A DNA stretch of 64,000 bases from Candidatus Bathyarchaeota archaeon (GCA_963815095.1 CAWFFH010000004.1:32001-96000); one strand, 5' to 3'. Positions 50,505 to 60,713 are shown, counted from the first letter of the stretch. The notes: generated from the letters alone by a model not told the origin. Program-made: numbers and translations.

Positions 50505-51482
50505 ATGAACCTGAAGAGCAGCATTATCAATTTTATTCGAGGATGGCTTCCCCAAGAACCAATTTTGCCCGCCCACGCTCTGCCAAACCAAAAGAAAACA
50601 GGCAGAATACGATTAATTTTGCTAAACGTGTTGATATGTTTTCTAGCAATTGCTGGTTTGTTGTCAGCTATGATACTTATTGACTCATGGATAAAACTTG
50701 TCCTTTTAGGCTCAATTTTGGTTGGCGGATTAGTTTGGCGTTTCACTCATGGAAACGTAAAGAAACCCCTAAAATTTTTTGTAATTGTAGTCCTTATTTT
50801 CTCGATAAGTTTTACTGCTGTTGAATTCAATTTGACTTGGAATGCGGGTTATCCGCCTACTTATACATTAGCTCAACCGGGTATCACTATTTCAAAAGCA
50901 AATATTCTAAACACCTCTCTAACCCAGATTGTGCAAGACATCGAAAGAACACCTGCCTACGAGCTTCTAACAATCCAATTTGGAGCTACGACCGCTGAGA
51001 CAATCAAATTGGACACAGCATTTCCTTCTCGTGGTGGATTGGTCCAAGTGGATTTTTACGGAAAGAACTCAGACGCATATTTTTACTTCAGTTCAAGTTC
51101 TGGTAATCCTTACCATGTGAACGTTGGCAGTTCCAAAACTACTTTGACCACTAGATTCCATCCGCAAGCACAGCCAGCCAAAGACTCATTTTCTCAAATT
51201 GATGACTTAGGTCTTCAATGGTTCTATGATCGCTCCTTAGAGATAGCCCAAAACAGAACAGGCAGCATTCCAAAAATCGATGCGCTGTCCTTCACGATGA
51301 CATTTGAAGACAATGGCTACATTGGCTTTGACAGAACACACATAAGCTATGAAGGCATAACAGTACAAATCACCGGAAGTCAACAAACAATCTTGGCAGA
51401 TGGAAGTATAACTGGTCACGGGGTTCTAATTGCAGATTTTGAGCCCAACGGAACCCTAATTTACATGTCACAACCACAATAA
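50505..51482 (+). CDS. Membrane protein with N-terminal FIRGWLPQEP motif and extracellular domain
   Basis: 3 TM segments followed by ~210-aa S/T-rich domain. Confidence 0.7.
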   Translation: MNLKSSIINFIRGWLPQEPILPAHALPNQKKTGRIRLILLNVLICFLAIAGLLSAMILIDSWIKLVLLGSILVGGLVWRFTHGNVKKPLKFFVIVVLIFSISFTAVEFNLTWNAGYPPTYTLAQPGITISKANILNTSLTQIVQDIERTPAYELLTIQFGATTAETIKLDTAFPSRGGLVQVDFYGKNSDAYFYFSSSSGNPYHVNVGSSKTTLTTRFHPQAQPAKDSFSQIDDLGLQWFYDRSLEIAQNRTGSIPKIDALSFTMTFEDNGYIGFDRTHISYEGITVQITGSQQTILADGSITGHGVLIADFEPNGTLIYMSQPQ

Positions 51483-51579
51483 CCAAATCTTCTTGGGTAT
51501 CAAGGACGATTTTAGAAAGAATTCTTATCTTCATCAGTCAATCCTCACTTTTCCGATTCTCACCATGACTCAATTGTAA

Positions 51580-52920
51580 AACTTGTTAATGTCCAGTTCC
51601 AAACTCTTTTCTCTATCACTTTTTAGACTATATGAAAGACGAGTGAGAAAGTAACTCTTGCTGGCTAGTCCGGTGCCTTCTTGGCCCTTGCGGCCGATTT
51701 TTAGACTGGGCTTGACCTGAGCTGCTATAGAACTGGGCATTCGCCCGTATGAGAGATTGCAGCCTGAAAGCCAGCAGGAGAAAGAAAAAAAATGGTGAGA
51801 TATGTAGGAGTAGATGTTGGCAAAGCCAAATGCAGAGCAGCAATAATGAATCAAACCGGCGCCATCGAGAGCGAATTCTTCTTTGAAAACAACACTAAAG
51901 GAATAGAGTCTTTGACGTCTATGCTAACTGTTGAGGATCAGGTTGTTATGGAATCTACAGGGAATTTGTGGCTAAGCATATACGATGCATTGGATAATAG
52001 AAGCATTAAGGTAGTGCTGGCTAATCCATTGAAGACTAAAGTGATAGCTTCAGCGAAAATAAAAACTGATAAGGTGGATGCTAGGATTTTGGCGCATTTG
52101 CTGAGAGCTGATCTTGTTGCTGAAAGCTATGTTCCGCAAGGAAGCATACGTGAAATGCGAGGTTTAGTTAGGCATAGGCTGAGCTTGGTTAGAATGCGCA
52201 CGGCTATAAAGAACAAGGCACATGCAATCGTTGACAAGTATAGTTATCGTTGTGAATTCTCAGATATGTTCGGTAAAGGTGGAATTGCTTGGATGAGGTC
52301 ACTGATACTTAATGAGCTTGATAGACTGATTTTGGAAAACCATCTTTCGCTGATTGAATCTATTAACTTGCAGGTCGGGATGGTGGATAAAGCTATTCGA
52401 AAAATCGCTTGTGAGGATGAGGATGTTCGGTTGCTACTTAGCTTGACTGGTGTTGATGTTTATGGTGCATTGTTGATTCATAGTGAAATTGGTCCGATAA
52501 CGCGGTTTAGTAGTTATAAGAAGTTGATTTCTTGGGCTGGTTTGGCTCCGTCGGTGCATCAATCTGGGAATGTTGAGTATACTGGTAGGATTACTAAGCG
52601 TGGTTCTAGCTTGTTGAGGTGGGTTATGGTTGAGGCTGCGAGGACTGCTGTGCAGTATCATGAGAAATTGGCTGGGTTTTATGAGCGTGTGAGGGCTAGG
52701 CGTGGTGATCAGAAGGCTGCTGTTGCTGTTGCTTGTAAGATGCTTAAGATTGTTTGGTTCATGCTAAGTAGGCGTGAGGTCTATAGCTGTGCTAATACGA
52801 GGCGTTATGGAGAAAAGCTAAAAAAGATTGGTGCGTAGTTTGGTTTACTGGCTTTCAGGATAAGTTGGTCGCTGGCTTAGAGAACCGTCTTTCATGAGAG
52901 AAGGCATCGAAAAAACCGCT
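51580..52920 (+). mobile_element. IS110-family element (boundaries approximate)
   Basis: Transposase plus structured non-coding flanks; no TSD found. Confidence 0.75.
51792..52838 (+). CDS. IS110-family DEDD transposase/recombinase
   Basis: GVDVGK, VMESTG, KTDKVDA, GLAPSVHQSG, ITKRGS. Confidence 0.95.
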   Translation: MVRYVGVDVGKAKCRAAIMNQTGAIESEFFFENNTKGIESLTSMLTVEDQVVMESTGNLWLSIYDALDNRSIKVVLANPLKTKVIASAKIKTDKVDARILAHLLRADLVAESYVPQGSIREMRGLVRHRLSLVRMRTAIKNKAHAIVDKYSYRCEFSDMFGKGGIAWMRSLILNELDRLILENHLSLIESINLQVGMVDKAIRKIACEDEDVRLLLSLTGVDVYGALLIHSEIGPITRFSSYKKLISWAGLAPSVHQSGNVEYTGRITKRGSSLLRWVMVEAARTAVQYHEKLAGFYERVRARRGDQKAAVAVACKMLKIVWFMLSRREVYSCANTRRYGEKLKKIGA

Positions 52921-53044
52921 GATTAATTCAATGACCTTTTTAACGTAGGCTGTTATAATTCTCTTTTGTCAAGAAATGTTGACTTGGATTAGTCAAGATT
53001 TCTTTACGAATAATCTTTTATGTAATCCAAATTTGTTATTAATT

Positions 53045-53778
53045 ATGAGCAATTTAACTAAGAGTTTCTCGTTGCTAATTATACTAGTTTTAGCAGCGTC
53101 AATAGTGATCATAGTTAAACCTTCAAGTGCTCAAACAGCCACTTCTATGCCTTCAAATATTCCTATACCTGTAAGACCAGAGTTTACCTTACAACTTATT
53201 GGTCCGCCTTTTGTTGAGAATACCACTTATTCATTAGACCCCAATACGGGACAAATTGTTGCAAACATTGGCTACACTAACCCATTCAGCATTGTTGAAA
53301 TAATTATCAAGAATCAACCTTTTACTCCATTTAACGACAATCAAGGTAATCCTATTTCAATGTTCTATAATGTTCAAGTGGCAGTTCATAACCAAACAGA
53401 TAGCTGGATTAGTCTTTATGACCCGATTCTGGCGACCTTGCACCAAGCACTGCTGATTCTGATTACACCAATATATCATTGTGGTTGAATAACGGTCCGC
53501 TTCCTGTCGGAACTACTAATATTGATGTTCAAGTCGAGGCATTCATAGGTTATGTTCATAAAAGTAATGAGGGATATCTTGCGGGTTGGGTATTTACTGG
53601 TGAATCAAACGGTTGGAACACGCAAACAGTAACTGTACCTTCTAACACTCCCTTAAGTGTTAATTCACCAAACACAACTAACTCAATTGGCAACCTAATC
53701 ACTATACCTTTGAGTACATTAATTGCGATTTTTACAATATTCTTAACCATTATCGTTGTTCTGGCACTTGCTTTTTAG
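53045..53778 (+). CDS. Secreted/membrane-anchored protein (frameshift ~53425)
   Basis: Signal peptide, PEFTL, IIIKNQPF, GESNGWN, C-terminal TM. Confidence 0.55.
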
Positions 53779-53877
53779 AAAACATCGAAACCCAGATAAA
53801 GTAAATCACCCGACCTTTTCCCATTAGTTCTAAATTCTTTTAAGCAGAATCACGTAATTATTTATTGATTATTCGGG

Positions 53878-54132
53878 GTGCAACTCTTGGACAAAAAAAA
53901 CCTTTTAAACCGTTTAGTTGGAGGTTTGGGTAGTTTAGGAATATCTTTCATGTTTTTTGGTATTTTTTTCTGGTTATTTACAAACCTCAGTTTTTCATAT
54001 TGTATTACATTTGAAATTATCGGCATTAGTCTATTGTTGGTGACTATCGTTCTATACTTTGCAAGACGTGATTTAATAATGTCTGAAACAAAACAGACTC
54101 CTTCCTACAATTCCCCTCCTCCACCCATTTGA
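53878..54132 (+). CDS. Small 2-TM protein
   Basis: 84 aa, ends in PPPPI. Confidence 0.5.
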   Translation: MQLLDKKNLLNRLVGGLGSLGISFMFFGIFFWLFTNLSFSYCITFEIIGISLLLVTIVLYFARRDLIMSETKQTPSYNSPPPPI

Positions 54133-54228
54133 GAATTTATCCTTAGAAATATTACCTCAAAAAATATTACCCAATCTGTTACAAGCGGGAGCGCAGCAAG
54201 CAGGTAGATGCACCCTAACTGTACTTGG

Positions 54229-54560
54229 CTAACGACGAGTTTTCTTTAATTCTTCTTCGGCTTTTTTAGCTTGATATTCTACTTCCGTTGCATCCGCAAA
54301 ACGGTACAAGCGGCTATAGAGGTTATAACGTTGATAATCGCGCATCTCTTTTCGGTAATGTTCTCTTTTTCGTTTTTTTATCTTCTGAAAGGGAATGTCC
54401 CAAATTGTGGAGCCACAATAAACGATAGAAGTAATAACCTGCATAACAGGAAAAAACAAAAAAAAACAGCACTTAAAACAATCCCTAAAATCGTATTCAT
54501 CAAAAAGAAAACGACAGCTGTGGGCAGCCAAATCGCTAAACATAAGCCGCTCAGAGCCAT
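54229..54560 (-). CDS. Membrane protein, probably frameshifted
   Basis: TM part in ORF 54378-54599 and charged C-terminus in ORF 54229-54543. Confidence 0.4.
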
Positions 54561-54802
54561 GTTCAATTTTTTGTATCCCATAACTTTGTTGATAATCACA
54601 ACTTGCTTTTGAAGTTAATCCTGCAGCGACCCTTTAAGTCACTAGTTTGTTGTCTGCTTGGAATCAAAGTTAGTTCGGGTTGATTTTTTATGTACCGACA
54701 CGACCGTACCATGGTCATTGTTAGGACACATACAACCACTAAAATGAGCAATCAAGTTAGTTAGCCAATAAAGCAGCGTATTTTACAGAGTTGTTTCAAG
54801 CT

Positions 54803-55147
54803 TCATGTTGTCCAAAAAGAAAATACTTCCAAATTCTCTTTTTCAAATTGCTTTTTCAGAAATGCCTTAACCTCGTCCTCGTCCAAGTTCAAAATTCCAT
54901 TCTTGTCTTTATGTAAAGGTATACCAGTTTCTCTTAATGTTCCACCCTTTGGAAAATCAAAAAACATAAAATAACGCTTATCATGCAACATTATAATTCT
55001 CAGTGTTGAAAGTTCTCTGTTTGGAGAGAGGCCATTTTGCTCAAGAATAAAAGTTATTGACAGCGGTTTCTTTTCCCTAACTAGTCGTTTGTATTCTTCC
55101 CAATCTCTTATTCTTACATGACCTTCATCCATCTGATTCGCCATCAA
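54803..55147 (-). CDS. Conserved hypothetical protein in ars operon
   Basis: 114-aa ORF co-oriented with arsC. Confidence 0.6.
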   Translation of the reverse strand: MMANQMDEGHVRIRDWEEYKRLVREKKPLSITFILEQNGLSPNRELSTLRIIMLHDKRYFMFFDFPKGGTLRETGIPLHKDKNGILNLDEDEVKAFLKKQFEKENLEVFSFWTT

Positions 55148-55342
55148 TAGTCAGCTTAACCCTCGCCACAAGCAACACCGCAATCCATGGCGTTCACGTA
55201 TTTTTCAGCGTCTTTTCCTTGTTCTTGAAAGGACCATAAATAATTTCGTATTGAGGGTGCGTTTCCTTGTTAGGCTCTATTTCGCTATCAAATACGGTAG
55301 GTTTAAATTTTTCTTTTAATCCAACGTACAGCTTCATGATTG

Positions 55343-55744
55343 TTACTCTTTGAGTTCTGTAATTAGCGCCCGAACTTGGGCCTCGATTTGGTCTCTGATT
55401 TCTCGAACTTTCTCTATCGGCTTTCCTTTTGGGTCTTCAAGGTGCCATTCGATTGTTGGTTTAAAGAAGGGTCCAGGGCAGACTTCTTGGTCGTTGCAGC
55501 CCATTGTTACAACCAGGTCTGCCTCGTTTGCCATTTTTGCGGTTATTAGTTTTGGCTTATTCATTGAGATGTCGATGCCTTTCTCCTTCAAGACCTCTGC
55601 TACTACAAGGTTAACTTTTTCTGCAGGCTTGTTGCCGGCACTGGACGCGATTACTTTTTCGTTTCCGTATTTGGTGGCGAAAGCCTCTGCCATTTGGCTT
55701 CTACCCGCATTCTCCACACAGACGAACAGTATTTTTTTCATCAT
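55343..55744 (-). CDS. arsC: Arsenate reductase (LMW-PTP type)
   Basis: FVCVENAGRSQMAE, TMGC, EDPKG. Confidence 0.9.
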   Translation of the reverse strand: MMKKILFVCVENAGRSQMAEAFATKYGNEKVIASSAGNKPAEKVNLVVAEVLKEKGIDISMNKPKLITAKMANEADLVVTMGCNDQEVCPGPFFKPTIEWHLEDPKGKPIEKVREIRDQIEAQVRALITELKE

Positions 55745-55862
55745 TCATTCTCCTTACCTTTGAAATACTTCTTTCTTGTCCAGAATGCGACGTTCACAAG
55801 CTTATCATGACATGTACTTCTATTAGCAGTCCGATGACTGCTGCGAAGGCGATTTGTGAAGA
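55740..55862 (-). pseudogene. acr3: 3' remnant of Acr3 arsenite efflux gene
   Basis: SQIAFAAVIGLLIEVHVMISL/VNVAFWTRKKYFK resembles the Acr3 C-terminus (AAVIGPLVEVPVM); the rest is deleted. Confidence 0.7.
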
Positions 55863-55900
55863 ACGATAGATGCGGCTTAGGTTCAGAAGGTACACACATG

Positions 55901-56208
55901 TCAATTGCCTGAGCGCGTTTCTTTCAGTTTTCTAATTAATTTTCGGGTTTCTATTTTCGAGGGGTGTGTGATTGCTTTTGCAGGGCATATTTCATCGCAA
56001 CCGTTGCAGAGAACTACGCAATTGTTTGGATTTTTCACGACAGGTATTTTTTTGCCTTTGTTTTCTTCAAATGTATATGTGCCTAATTTGCAGTAGTCTA
56101 CACATTTTCCGCAGCTCACACATTTTTCATAGTTTATTGTTGGAAACCAAGGTATCTTGCTTCGAGGGATTCCGTGCCATGTCTTCTCGGGCATGCTCGT
56201 AACTTCCA
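55901..56208 (-). CDS. 4Fe-4S dicluster ferredoxin
   Basis: CVSCGKCVDYC, CVVLCNGCDEICP. Confidence 0.85.
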
Positions 56209-56268
56209 TTGCTACTTCATTACAATATAGCAACTTTTAAATATTGTTATAGATTATAAATAATAAGC

Positions 56269-56598
56269 ATGCCCAATAACTCGGAAAACAATTACCGATT
56301 TAAATCGACAGTTTTTCATGCCCTTGCCGATCCAGTAAGACTGGAAATACTAGCCTATCTTAGGGATGGAGAAAAATGCGTTTGCGAGATATCCCCTCAC
56401 CTTAACCTTATTCAACCGCTTGCTTCACGTCATCTAAAAATCCTCAAAGACGTTGGAATAGTTAGATGTCGAAAAGAAGGAACAAAACGAATGTATTCAA
56501 TCGTAGACTCCAAAATCTACAATGTAGTGGACGCATTAGAATCTGGTCTTGTTAATACCTTAACCAAGGAAATATTTGAAAAAATAACCTGCACTTAA
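56269..56598 (+). CDS. arsR: ArsR/SmtB regulator
   Basis: ALADPVRLEIL, CVCE, SRHLKIL. Confidence 0.9.
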   Translation: MPNNSENNYRFKSTVFHALADPVRLEILAYLRDGEKCVCEISPHLNLIQPLASRHLKILKDVGIVRCRKEGTKRMYSIVDSKIYNVVDALESGLVNTLTKEIFEKITCT

Positions 56599-56610
56599 GA
56601 GGTAAATGAT

Positions 56611-57366
56611 TTGAAAAAAAAAGAAGTTAAGAAAGTCGTTCAAAAGGCATATTCCAAAATAGCCACAAACAGCAATTCTAGCTGCTGCCAATGTGGTTGC
56701 GGAACCTTAGATGAAAAAACTATCAAAAAATTGTCTAAAAGCGTCGGGTACTCTGAAGAAGAAATGAGCGCTGTTCCAGAAGCTAATCTTGGTTTAGGTT
56801 GCGGTAACCCAACTGCTTTTAGCAACATCAAAGAGGGCGATATTGTGCTTGATTTGGGTAGTGGCGCTGGATTTGACTGTTTTCTATCCTCAAAGAAAGT
56901 GGGCAAAACAGGTAAAGTCATAGGATTAGATATGACTGAAGAAATGGTGACTAAAGCAAGGAGTCTTGCAAAAAAACATCAATACTTGAATGTTGAATTC
57001 AAGCTTGGTGACATCGAAAAAATGCCCCTTGATAATGACTCAGTTGACGTAATAATTAGCAATTGTGTCATTAACTTAGCCCCCGACAAGTTAAAGGTGT
57101 TCAAAGAAGCTTATCGTGTCCTTAAAATCGGGGGCAAAATGTACGTTTCCGACATCGTTCTTCTGGGTAAGCTTACTGAAGAGCAATTAAATAATGAAGA
57201 CTTGCTTTCGGGTTGTGTTGCAGGTGCTTTGCAGAAGGAAGATTATCTGAAAAAGATTGAGCTGGCAGGTTTTAAGGTAAACGTTATCTCTGAAGACAAG
57301 GAAATAAGCAAGACCCAGTATAACGGAATAGCTCTTGAGAGTCTAAAAATTGAAGCATTAAAGTAA
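56611..57366 (+). CDS. arsM: Arsenite methyltransferase
   Basis: [35 protein letters not shown]. Confidence 0.92.
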   Translation: MKKKEVKKVVQKAYSKIATNSNSSCCQCGCGTLDEKTIKKLSKSVGYSEEEMSAVPEANLGLGCGNPTAFSNIKEGDIVLDLGSGAGFDCFLSSKKVGKTGKVIGLDMTEEMVTKARSLAKKHQYLNVEFKLGDIEKMPLDNDSVDVIISNCVINLAPDKLKVFKEAYRVLKIGGKMYVSDIVLLGKLTEEQLNNEDLLSGCVAGALQKEDYLKKIELAGFKVNVISEDKEISKTQYNGIALESLKIEALK

Positions 57367-57553
57367 TCCAGCCTTTATTTTTATTATAAATAATTGTGCC
57401 CTTGACAATGAAGGTAAAATTCGAAAAAGCGATGCTTCCTCTCGATTAACTAAAAGGAAAACAAAGCTCCTAAATCAGCTAACCCTTTTCCATTGAAACT
57501 GGTTTTGCGAGTTCTTTGAGTAATCTTTTGCATCCAACGAGTAGTTCTTGGAG

Positions 57554-58138
57554 CTACACATCTTCGTCTTCTTCTTTCTCTTGCTTAATTTTGCTGAAGC
57601 TTAACGGGGAAACTGAGTAATGAACGACTTCGCCGCGCCGATTCATCACAGCTAAGATTAGTTCTTTCTTTTGGCTTTTACATTTGGATAGTGCATCTGC
57701 TAGGTCGTTTACAGGGACTGGTTTGCCTTCTTGGGTAATCATGATGAGGTAGGGTGCGGTATCTTTGCCATAGGTTCCTCGTTCGTATATGCGGAAGTCG
57801 ATGGCGCCGCCGAAGCCTTCGCGAACGACGTAGCCGCGGCCTCGGAGGTCACGGTAAACCAGATAGTTAACCCAGGCGTTGTCGTTTTGTGCTTCGTAAC
57901 AGTGCAAAAGGCTTTGAAAATCGGTGGATTTGCCGTTTTCGTCTTTTACTTCAAGCATGGCTTTGTCTAGAAGGTACAGCGACTCGTAGAAGGTGAGTGT
58001 GAAAACTTTATTCTCCAATGTGCCGTAGCCTCTTGAAGAGAGCGCGTCGATGTTGCTTTGTTCGGAAACGATGACGCCTTTCTCAGCGAGGATACCGTTG
58101 GTTCGGAATTCCACTGGAGCCTTCTTGAATTCACTCAT
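57554..58138 (-). CDS. endA: tRNA-splicing endonuclease subunit (probably structural)
   Basis: YLVYRDLRGRGYVV...DFRIYERG; expected catalytic His position reads DTAPY. Confidence 0.8.
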   Translation of the reverse strand: MSEFKKAPVEFRTNGILAEKGVIVSEQSNIDALSSRGYGTLENKVFTLTFYESLYLLDKAMLEVKDENGKSTDFQSLLHCYEAQNDNAWVNYLVYRDLRGRGYVVREGFGGAIDFRIYERGTYGKDTAPYLIMITQEGKPVPVNDLADALSKCKSQKKELILAVMNRRGEVVHYSVSPLSFSKIKQEKEEDEDV

Positions 58139-58166
58139 TGCTTAGTCTCATCTTTACTCTTTTATG

Positions 58167-59189
58167 CTATACTTTTCCTTTTCTAAATTCGCTGAAGTCT
58201 TTGCTATAGATGACGCGGTCCTCTGTTATGATGGCTGTGACGTATTTGAGGGGGGTTGCGTCGAAGGAGGGATTCATGACTGTTACGCCATCGGGGGCGG
58301 TTTGTTGACAGCCTACGTGTGTGACTTCTTCGGCCTTGCGTTCTTCAATTTCGATGTCTGCGGCTTTGCGAGTTAAATCAAAGGTAGATTTGGGCGCGGC
58401 CACATAGAAGGGAATTTTGTGTTCATGCGCCAAAACAGCAACGCTGTAGGTGCCGATTTTGTTGAATACGGCGTCCTGCACAATGCGGTCGGCGCCTACT
58501 ATCACTAAGTTAATGAGTCCTTTACTCATGACGTAGCCCGCCATGTTATCCGTAATCAAAGTGACCGGGATTCCATCGCGTTTAAGCTCGTAAGCCGTGA
58601 GCCTTGCACCTTGCAGAAGCGGCCTTGTTTCGTCAGCTATTACTTTGATTTTTTTGCCCTCTTCACAAGCCGCGCGAACGACCCCTAAAGCGGTTCCGTA
58701 TTCAACGGTTGCAAGCTCGCCTGCGTTGCAATGGGTTAAAATGGTGTCGTCATCTTCAATCAAGATAGATCCGTTTTTGCCGATAGCGCGGTTTTGCGCT
58801 GCGTCTTCGTCGGCAATCTTTTGCGCCTCCGAAATAACCGCCGCTTTGAGCTCTTCAACGGTTCCCGAAACAGCTTTGACTTTGTTAAGAACTCGGTCGA
58901 CGCCCCAAAACAAGTTCACGGCGGTTGGTCTTTGACGTTTAATAACTGTGCCAGCCGTTTCGAGTTCAGCTAAGAATTTTTCTTTGGTTTTTGCATGTGA
59001 ATTGTAAGCTGCTAAAGCCATGCCGAACCCTGCGGCTGCACCCAAAAGTGGTGCACCTCGGACGCGTAGCATTTTTATGGCTTCAGCCATTTGGTCAACC
59101 GTTTTGATTTCGAGGGTGACTTCTTGGAGGGGAAGTTTGGTTTGGTCAGGTGTTATGACTGTTCCGTTTTGCCACTTAATCATCCGCAT
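58167..59189 (-). CDS. mtnA: S-methyl-5-thioribose-1-phosphate isomerase
   Basis: VRGAP, RPTAVNL, THCNAG, ETRPLLQGARLT, NKIGTY. Confidence 0.92.
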   Translation of the reverse strand: MRMIKWQNGTVITPDQTKLPLQEVTLEIKTVDQMAEAIKMLRVRGAPLLGAAAGFGMALAAYNSHAKTKEKFLAELETAGTVIKRQRPTAVNLFWGVDRVLNKVKAVSGTVEELKAAVISEAQKIADEDAAQNRAIGKNGSILIEDDDTILTHCNAGELATVEYGTALGVVRAACEEGKKIKVIADETRPLLQGARLTAYELKRDGIPVTLITDNMAGYVMSKGLINLVIVGADRIVQDAVFNKIGTYSVAVLAHEHKIPFYVAAPKSTFDLTRKAADIEIEERKAEEVTHVGCQQTAPDGVTVMNPSFDATPLKYVTAIITEDRVIYSKDFSEFRKGKV

Positions 59190-59335
59190 GTTAATACCTC
59201 AAACGTGAATGTGATACCGCATAGTTGTGGGCGGTTGTGTTAAAGATTTTCGATCCCTAACCCTTGAATTATAGAAGTAGTCGTCCTAAGGCCCCTACCG
59301 CCTACTACTTCTAAGTACGTTAAAGATTTTCTAGC

Positions 59336-59737
59336 CTAACGCTTGAAGCGCTGCACCAAATCAAACAGGTTCCCATACAAGTCCTCTAAAACCACATCCA
59401 CACCCCACTGTTGCACTTCGGGTTTGCCGTAGAATTTTATACCTTTCGCCTTTAGTGCCTTGTATTCTTTTCTACAATCATCCGTTTCCAAAGTGAGGAA
59501 AACATGGTCTCCCGCCTGCTTACCCACAGCTTTGCGTTTGGGTTCGGTGTTCGCCACAACTAAAGTCAACTCAAGGTCTGCTTGGTCCTTCGGCGAAACA
59601 GTAACCCACCGAACGTTTTCTGCGATGATTTGGTCTTGGCGTTTTTGGAATCCGAGTTTTTCGGTGTAGAATTTTAGTGCTTCGTCTTGGTCTTTTACAA
59701 GCAGGGTTATGTGGCCTATTTTGTTCATGGACTTCAC
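59336..59737 (-). CDS. VOC/glyoxalase family protein
   Basis: VKDQDEALKFYTEKLGF...DLYGN. Confidence 0.9.
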   Translation of the reverse strand: MKSMNKIGHITLLVKDQDEALKFYTEKLGFQKRQDQIIAENVRWVTVSPKDQADLELTLVVANTEPKRKAVGKQAGDHVFLTLETDDCRKEYKALKAKGIKFYGKPEVQQWGVDVVLEDLYGNLFDLVQRFKR

Positions 59738-59779
59738 TTTGCTAAGTTAATGAAAAGAAAAGGGTTGCTTAAGTTTTGC

Positions 59780-60532
59780 TTAAGAAGAAGTGTCAAAGGG
59801 GGATTTTAGGTGAGTGACGACTTCAACAGGGGAGTCTTCGCCTGATTTCAGACGTTTCTTCCATTCTTCGCCGACAGCGATGAGCGAGAATATGCCGGAA
59901 ACCTCAGCTTTGGATTTCTTCACCAAGTTGACGAGGGCTTCTTGGGTTTCACCGCTCTTAATCATGTCATCCACCACAAGCACTGAGTCGCGTTTTTTGA
60001 TGGATTCTTTGGGGATATAGAGAGTGACGGTTACTCCTGAATCTCTACCTAAAATATAAGTTTCCTCGAGGAACGCTTTTACACCGACTTCTTTGTTACG
60101 TTTTGCAACAATAAGGTTAACACCCAATGAATTTGCGACCATGGTGGCCAATGGGATACCATCGACGGCTGCAGTCAAAACTTTTGTTACCCGCTTACCC
60201 GCAAAATTTGCCAATGCGTGGTTTGCGGCTTGCTGGAGAATGTTGTAGTCTCCAACGATTTCGGTGTTATCAAAGTAGCCTATATCGTCGAATTTTATTC
60301 TGCTTCGAAGTTCCGCCTCTAAGCCGACGAGTTTGGTTAGAACGCGCCAGAGTTGTTTGGCTCTGGTTGTGTTTGGCAACACGTGACCTTTGGCGTAGCG
60401 GCTTAGAACTGTGACTGGTAAGCCTGTTTTTGTGGCTAATTCCCGATAGGTGATGTTTCGCTTGTACTTTGCTGTACGTAAAAGTTCGATTGTCATTAAG
60501 CGAAGTTTTAAATCTTCTGCGTGAGTGCTCAT
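59780..60532 (-). CDS. HTH-phosphoribosyltransferase (PurR-like/APRT-like)
   Basis: N-terminal HTH, GHVLP, VLVVDDMIKSGET. Confidence 0.85.
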   Translation of the reverse strand: MSTHAEDLKLRLMTIELLRTAKYKRNITYRELATKTGLPVTVLSRYAKGHVLPNTTRAKQLWRVLTKLVGLEAELRSRIKFDDIGYFDNTEIVGDYNILQQAANHALANFAGKRVTKVLTAAVDGIPLATMVANSLGVNLIVAKRNKEVGVKAFLEETYILGRDSGVTVTLYIPKESIKKRDSVLVVDDMIKSGETQEALVNLVKKSKAEVSGIFSLIAVGEEWKKRLKSGEDSPVEVVTHLKSPFDTSS

Positions 60533-60713
60533 TTTCCCTTACCCCTTTTTTACATTTATTAGTTAATTATTATATGCTATTGCATATTGTATCTTGCCAA
60601 TTTATAACTTTCCATTAAAATTAAATTGAAACAAACGTTAAAATTAACTGATGGGCGCTTTCAACATTAACCTTTTTAGATGCAACATTAACTGCTATAC
60701 TAAAAGGGGACAC

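Noticed and set aside
51620-51700. Group I intron (IStron-like) from AGACTA...TAGTCC resembling P7
   Set aside because: No P/Q (P4-P6) elements upstream, J8/7 consensus absent, and the P3 partner lies beyond the ORF; better explained as a closing stem of an IS110 RNA
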